A stretch of 63,854 nucleotides of DNA, counting the filler, from an uncultured Methanosarcinales archaeon (GTDB lineage: Archaea > Nanobdellota > Nanobdellia > Woesearchaeales > JABMPP01), in assembly GCA_964604995.1 (NCBI GenBank). It is 4 parts of 4 records of this genome, joined end to end, with 100 filler letters (N's around TTAATTAATTAA, not from the genome) between each part and the next. Parts side by side here need not be neighbours in the genome. Positions count along the whole stretch, not along the records: positions 50,363 to 63,854 come from CAZSAD010000038.1; 3 more parts are not named here. One strand, written 5' to 3'. Below, in pieces: positions 59,491-63,854 of this stretch (within the stretch, counting starts at the first letter, position 1; each line of letters opens with the position of its first letter). The notes under the pieces are model-generated. The model had not been told where the DNA came from. It searched no databases and saw nothing but the letters and a program-made list of their open reading frames with translations. A program made the position numbers and the translations under genes.

Positions 59491-61755
59491 ATGGGAAAAG
59501 TTAAATCATCTAAAAAAGTTAAATCATTTCATAAAAATTTATACAATTATAAAATTAAGTTTAACTTCAATAATATCAGCCTCAAAAAGATCAATACTAA
59601 ACCTAAAATAATATTTACATTAAAATCAATTCTATTTATAATTATTTTATCTTTTTCAATATTCAAAAGCACATATGCGCAATCATACAATTGGAGTGTT
59701 CAAAGCGGATCGGTTTCTTCACCATCTACTTTAAATAGTTTTAGTGTGAATATCAATCCAATTACTTTAAACCAATCCTTTGTTTTATTTAAACATAGAA
59801 TGGCAAATTCTTATAATACTCCTTTGGCAGCAAGATTTTTTGCTCAGTTTCCAAATACCACAAGTGTATTATTTACAAGAAATGGAACAGGAATTGTTAA
59901 TATTGAATATTACATCATTTCTTCTGATGCATTGTATACTCAACAAGGAACAATGCTTTATACAAATTCTCAAAATTCAATAAATACTACAATCTTTCCA
60001 ATGAATCAAAATCATACAATAGTGGTGGTCGATGCCACATGCAATTCAAATAGTGCTAATGATTGGCACGAAACTTATTGGATGGCAAATCTTTCAAATT
60101 CCACTAATCTATTTCTTAGAAGAAATGGTGCAAGCGCATGTTCTGGTACAGTTGGTTTTTTTGCAGTTGAATTTAACGATAATTCAATTTTACAGCAAGG
60201 AGAAATTCAAATTACGGAAGTTTCATACAATGTTACCATAGCATCAGTTAATTTATCAAGTTCATTTTTAATTTTTGGACAAACTTGTGATGCAACTGCA
60301 ATTAACATGAATGCATGTAGTTTAAAAGCAAATATATCTTCAAGTACTACTCTCAATTTTGAAAGATTAGCTGCTACAGGTGTTGTAAAAGTGTATTGGT
60401 ACGTTATAAATATGCCAAATGCCAAAGTACAAAGTGGTGAATCAGGTGTAGTAACAGCCAGAACATACGATGCAGCACTAATTCCAACACAAAATACAAA
60501 TTTATCATTTTCAATAGTTAGCGTTAAAAATTCAGGAGCAGCAACAAGATATTCAAGAATAGCTTGGTCCTCTTTAATAAGTTCAGATGGATCTGTAGTT
60601 AATCACTTAAGAGATGATAATAGTCTAAATAATTATTTGAGTTGGCAATCTATTGAACTTCCAGCTTTAAATTTAAATTCTTTACCAATAATTTCTTTGA
60701 ATAATCCTTCAAATTTTTCAACAGTAAATTACAGAAAAATTGACTTTAATTTTACAGTAGTAGATAATAATTTATTAATTGATAATTGTACTCTTTGGTC
60801 AAATTTTACTGGCATTTGGACAAGAAATGTTACAGTTCAAAATGTAACTAACAATGTCACAACAAATATTACATTAAATTTAAATGTTGGAAATTTTATT
60901 TGGAATGTACAATGCTATGATCTATCTGGCCAATCAAGTTTTTCTAATTCAAATTACACCTTATTTATTCAAAACAATTTGCCATCTATAAAAAACATGC
61001 AAATTATTGATTCAATTGGACAAACTAACTCAGTTGATTTACTTGTCGGGCAAAAAACAAAAGTTTACTGTAATGGAACCGCATCAGATTCAGATGGTTA
61101 TTTAGATATACAAAAAATCAATGCAACTTTTTATAATATTTTAGTAAGTAATTTTTCAAATGTGGATAATGCAACAAATCATTTTACAAATTCAAGCTGT
61201 AATTTTTTTCAAATTGATTCTAACTCAAGTAATTTTGATTGCTCATTTGATTTAACTTATTATTCACTTAACGGTACATGGATTTGTAACACAACTATTT
61301 TTGATGGTAAAAATAAAAATAATAATTATTCTTTTACAAATGTTTCAACATTACTTGCATTAAATGTGACATCAGTTATCGAATTTGGAAATATGTTAGT
61401 TGGCAATATTTCAACTAATGATACACTAACAACTATTACTAATCTTGGAAATATTCCTCTCGATATAAATTTATATGGTTATGGTAGTATTCCAGGCGAT
61501 AACAATTCAATGATTTGCACAGTTGGTTATATACCCTCAAACTATACAAAATATAATTTTACATCTGAACAAAATTATCTTTCTATGATTTCATTAACAG
61601 GAAATATTACAGGAATCACTTATTCAAATTTTGATTTATTTTCGCAATCAAGTTCTTCTCTTTCAACAAAAAATATTTATTGGAAAACTTCAATACCTTT
61701 TGGGGTTCGTGGACAATGTATTGGCACCGTTGTTTTTTCAGCAATAAAATCTTAA
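59491..61755 (+). CDS. secreted glycoprotein with four Q.G repeats and a C-terminal domain shared with 24169-30813
   Basis: Signal peptide; VQSG/TQQG/LQQG/VQSG repeats; C-terminal KVYCN...GTWICN...NLGNIPLDINLYGYG...YWKTSIPFGVRGQCIGTVVFSA. Confidence 0.85.
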   Translation: MGKVKSSKKVKSFHKNLYNYKIKFNFNNISLKKINTKPKIIFTLKSILFIIILSFSIFKSTYAQSYNWSVQSGSVSSPSTLNSFSVNINPITLNQSFVLFKHRMANSYNTPLAARFFAQFPNTTSVLFTRNGTGIVNIEYYIISSDALYTQQGTMLYTNSQNSINTTIFPMNQNHTIVVVDATCNSNSANDWHETYWMANLSNSTNLFLRRNGASACSGTVGFFAVEFNDNSILQQGEIQITEVSYNVTIASVNLSSSFLIFGQTCDATAINMNACSLKANISSSTTLNFERLAATGVVKVYWYVINMPNAKVQSGESGVVTARTYDAALIPTQNTNLSFSIVSVKNSGAATRYSRIAWSSLISSDGSVVNHLRDDNSLNNYLSWQSIELPALNLNSLPIISLNNPSNFSTVNYRKIDFNFTVVDNNLLIDNCTLWSNFTGIWTRNVTVQNVTNNVTTNITLNLNVGNFIWNVQCYDLSGQSSFSNSNYTLFIQNNLPSIKNMQIIDSIGQTNSVDLLVGQKTKVYCNGTASDSDGYLDIQKINATFYNILVSNFSNVDNATNHFTNSSCNFFQIDSNSSNFDCSFDLTYYSLNGTWICNTTIFDGKNKNNNYSFTNVSTLLALNVTSVIEFGNMLVGNISTNDTLTTITNLGNIPLDINLYGYGSIPGDNNSMICTVGYIPSNYTKYNFTSEQNYLSMISLTGNITGITYSNFDLFSQSSSSLSTKNIYWKTSIPFGVRGQCIGTVVFSAIKS

Positions 61756-61855
61756 CAATTAATTGGTATATAATATAATCTAGTCATATAATCAATAACA
61801 TAATTCCAAATCAAAAATATAATCATAAATTAAGGTATAATCATAAACTATATAT

Positions 61856-63121
61856 ATGAATTTGTTGACTAAAGCACTTAAGAAGGGTACTAGTATGAAA
61901 GAAAACAATTTTAGACAATATTTAAAACAATTAATCTCTAATAAATTATTAACAACTTTCTTGATTACTTTTATCTTTTGTTTAATGATATGCGTTAAAG
62001 ATTCTAGTGCTCTAAGTATAGGAGTTAGTCCAGTTTCTATAGAATTTGGAAATATGCTTCGCTCAGGATATGCTGAAAGATCAGTTACAATAAGCACATC
62101 AGATGCTAGAAATCTAACTGGGCATTTTGTTAAATTAGGTGAAATTGCAGATTGGATTAGAATAGGCGAAAATATAGATTCAATTGTTTTATCAAATTCA
62201 AATCCTTATTCTTTAAAAATTATAGCAGAACCTCCATCGGATGCAGCAAATGGTGTATATAAAGGGGAAGTAAGATTTGTTACAGATAGTGTAATTGCAC
62301 CAGAAGGAACAACAGGATCAGCTGTAAAAGCTTCAGTTACAATAACAATCACAATCCAAATTATTGATAAACAAATTGTTGAATGTTCTTACGGCACAAG
62401 CACAATAAATGATGCTGAAATTGATACCCCTTTGCAAATTATATGGCTTACAAGAAATGGTGGTAATGTAAGATTCCAACCAAAAATACAAGTTGACATA
62501 TGGGATAGGGACAAAATCAATCTTTTATTATCTAAAGAATTCATTGGCTCAGATGTCTTACCAACAACCGAAAAAACATTCACTCAACGAATTTCGACTG
62601 AAAAATTAGCAATTGGACAATATTGGGTGGTATTTAATATAAAAGAATGCGATTATAGTTATACATCAACATTTGATATTTTAGAAAAAGGAAGCATCTC
62701 AGATAAAGGCTCTTTAATATCAGTATCAGCGCCACCTTGGGTATATGCTGGAGATATTGTTCCAATTAAAGCAAGGTTCACAAATTCTGGAACCAGAACA
62801 GTAACTGCAAAATTTAAAGGAGATGTCAAACAGGATGATAAAATAATTCAGCTTTTAGAAAGTGATGAAATTTCAGCTTTACCTCAAGAAACACTTGATT
62901 TAACTGTTTTTTTCCAGCCAAAAACCGAAGGTACTTATGTAGTCAATGGAAAAATCTTTTATAACAAAAAAATCACATTTGAAAAATCTACAATTATAAA
63001 TGCACAAAAAAAGAAATTTTCAATTAATTATTCTTCAGTAATCTTACTCTTAGTTTATACCTTCATACTAATAGCAATTATTTTCTTGATTAGGAAGATT
63101 AAAAAATCAAAGAAATCTTAA
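61856..63121 (+). CDS. membrane-anchored beta-sandwich protein (DUF916/pilus-chaperone-like pattern)
   Basis: Signal peptide ending A-LSIGVSP, GVYKGEVRF, NGGNV, F.NSGT, C-terminal TM plus basic tail. Confidence 0.75.
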   Translation: MNLLTKALKKGTSMKENNFRQYLKQLISNKLLTTFLITFIFCLMICVKDSSALSIGVSPVSIEFGNMLRSGYAERSVTISTSDARNLTGHFVKLGEIADWIRIGENIDSIVLSNSNPYSLKIIAEPPSDAANGVYKGEVRFVTDSVIAPEGTTGSAVKASVTITITIQIIDKQIVECSYGTSTINDAEIDTPLQIIWLTRNGGNVRFQPKIQVDIWDRDKINLLLSKEFIGSDVLPTTEKTFTQRISTEKLAIGQYWVVFNIKECDYSYTSTFDILEKGSISDKGSLISVSAPPWVYAGDIVPIKARFTNSGTRTVTAKFKGDVKQDDKIIQLLESDEISALPQETLDLTVFFQPKTEGTYVVNGKIFYNKKITFEKSTIINAQKKKFSINYSSVILLLVYTFILIAIIFLIRKIKKSKKS

Positions 63122-63289
63122 TTAATTTCTATTTCAAATATTATTTTTACCTTTTATCTTTCATTAGTAGCTAAATAAGTTTAAATAATGAGAAGGTAAT
63201 TTAAAGTTATTAAATTCATTTAAATTTATAAACTGGATTAACCATAATTGAGCTAATTATAAACTCTATTGGCGGAGTATTGAAAGCAA

Positions 63290-63854
63290 ATGAACAACCC
63301 TAAATTTTTGGATGATGTTAATATTGATCATCTTTTTCGAATGAATAGTGGTCAAACTATTAGGAATATCTATGAATTAGTAGATGCTATTGAGCATTCA
63401 TCCCAATCAACATATGACTATCATGCAAACTCTCAAAAAAATGATTTTAGCAAATGGTTAGAATTTACCATAGGTGATAAAGAATTAGCTAGTATGATAA
63501 GATCAAAGAGTAAGCAAGATGCATTACATTTAATCAAAAAAAGGATATTTCAATTAGAAGAAGAAATCGAACAAGAAAAAGTTAAAGGCATTGTTGGAAA
63601 AGAAGAGCCAAATATTGAAGAACAAAATGCAGAAAAATTAATGGAACCAGATATTCAACCAGAAATTCAAACGACTTTAAAAACCCAAAACCATGAACCT
63701 GAAAATTATAATCACAAAAAACATGATAAAAAATTAGAGACTGACAATATAACTAACAAAGATGTAAATAATGAAATAGAACTCAAAGTAAGTAATCATT
63801 TTTTAAACACTCTCAAAAACAACCTTGAATTATTTTTACTAGGTATAGTTATTG
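63290..63854 (+). CDS. DUF5752-like domain protein, 3' truncated by window edge
   Basis: MNNPKFL...FRMNSGQTIRNIYELVDAI...YDYHANSQKNDFSKWLEFTIGDKELA; the frame stays open to the end of the window. Confidence 0.7.
   Translation, partial: MNNPKFLDDVNIDHLFRMNSGQTIRNIYELVDAIEHSSQSTYDYHANSQKNDFSKWLEFTIGDKELASMIRSKSKQDALHLIKKRIFQLEEEIEQEKVKGIVGKEEPNIEEQNAEKLMEPDIQPEIQTTLKTQNHEPENYNHKKHDKKLETDNITNKDVNNEIELKVSNHFLNTLKNNLELFLLGIVI

Overview
AT-rich archaeal DNA, most consistent with a DPANN genome (Woesearchaeota-like; this is an inference from the gene set: RadA, prefoldin alpha, archease/RtcB, TrmI, archaeal PpcA, BHB tRNA intron, TATA promoters, giant N-glycosylated surface proteins). The window is four contigs joined by artificial N44-TTAATTAATTAA-N44 linkers (19425-19524, 35387-35486, 50263-50362), so synteny across them is meaningless. 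Contig 1 carries a minus-strand tRNA cluster (Val-UAC with a D-loop BHB intron, Gly-GCC, 5' part of Ile-UAU) invaded by a free-standing LAGLIDADG endonuclease gene. It also holds scpA, prs, pfdA, ftsY, nth, ferredoxin, a full lipoate/2-oxoacid dehydrogenase locus, rtcB, archease and a half Hel308-like helicase. Contigs 2-4 are dominated by surface-protein operons, most headed by small DNA-binding genes, plus radA, ppcA, an aspartate aminotransferase and trmI. Best leads: (1) a LAGLIDADG gene sitting between an intron-less orphan tRNA-Val 5' fragment and an intron-containing replacement tRNA-Val; (2) a large extracellular protein fused across the membrane to a HerA-like ATPase; (3) a recurrent tandem-HTH gene translationally coupled to giant adhesins, one copy having no canonical start codon; (4) a shared anchor-less C-terminal domain plus a chaperone-like membrane protein, suggesting an undescribed surface-assembly system.
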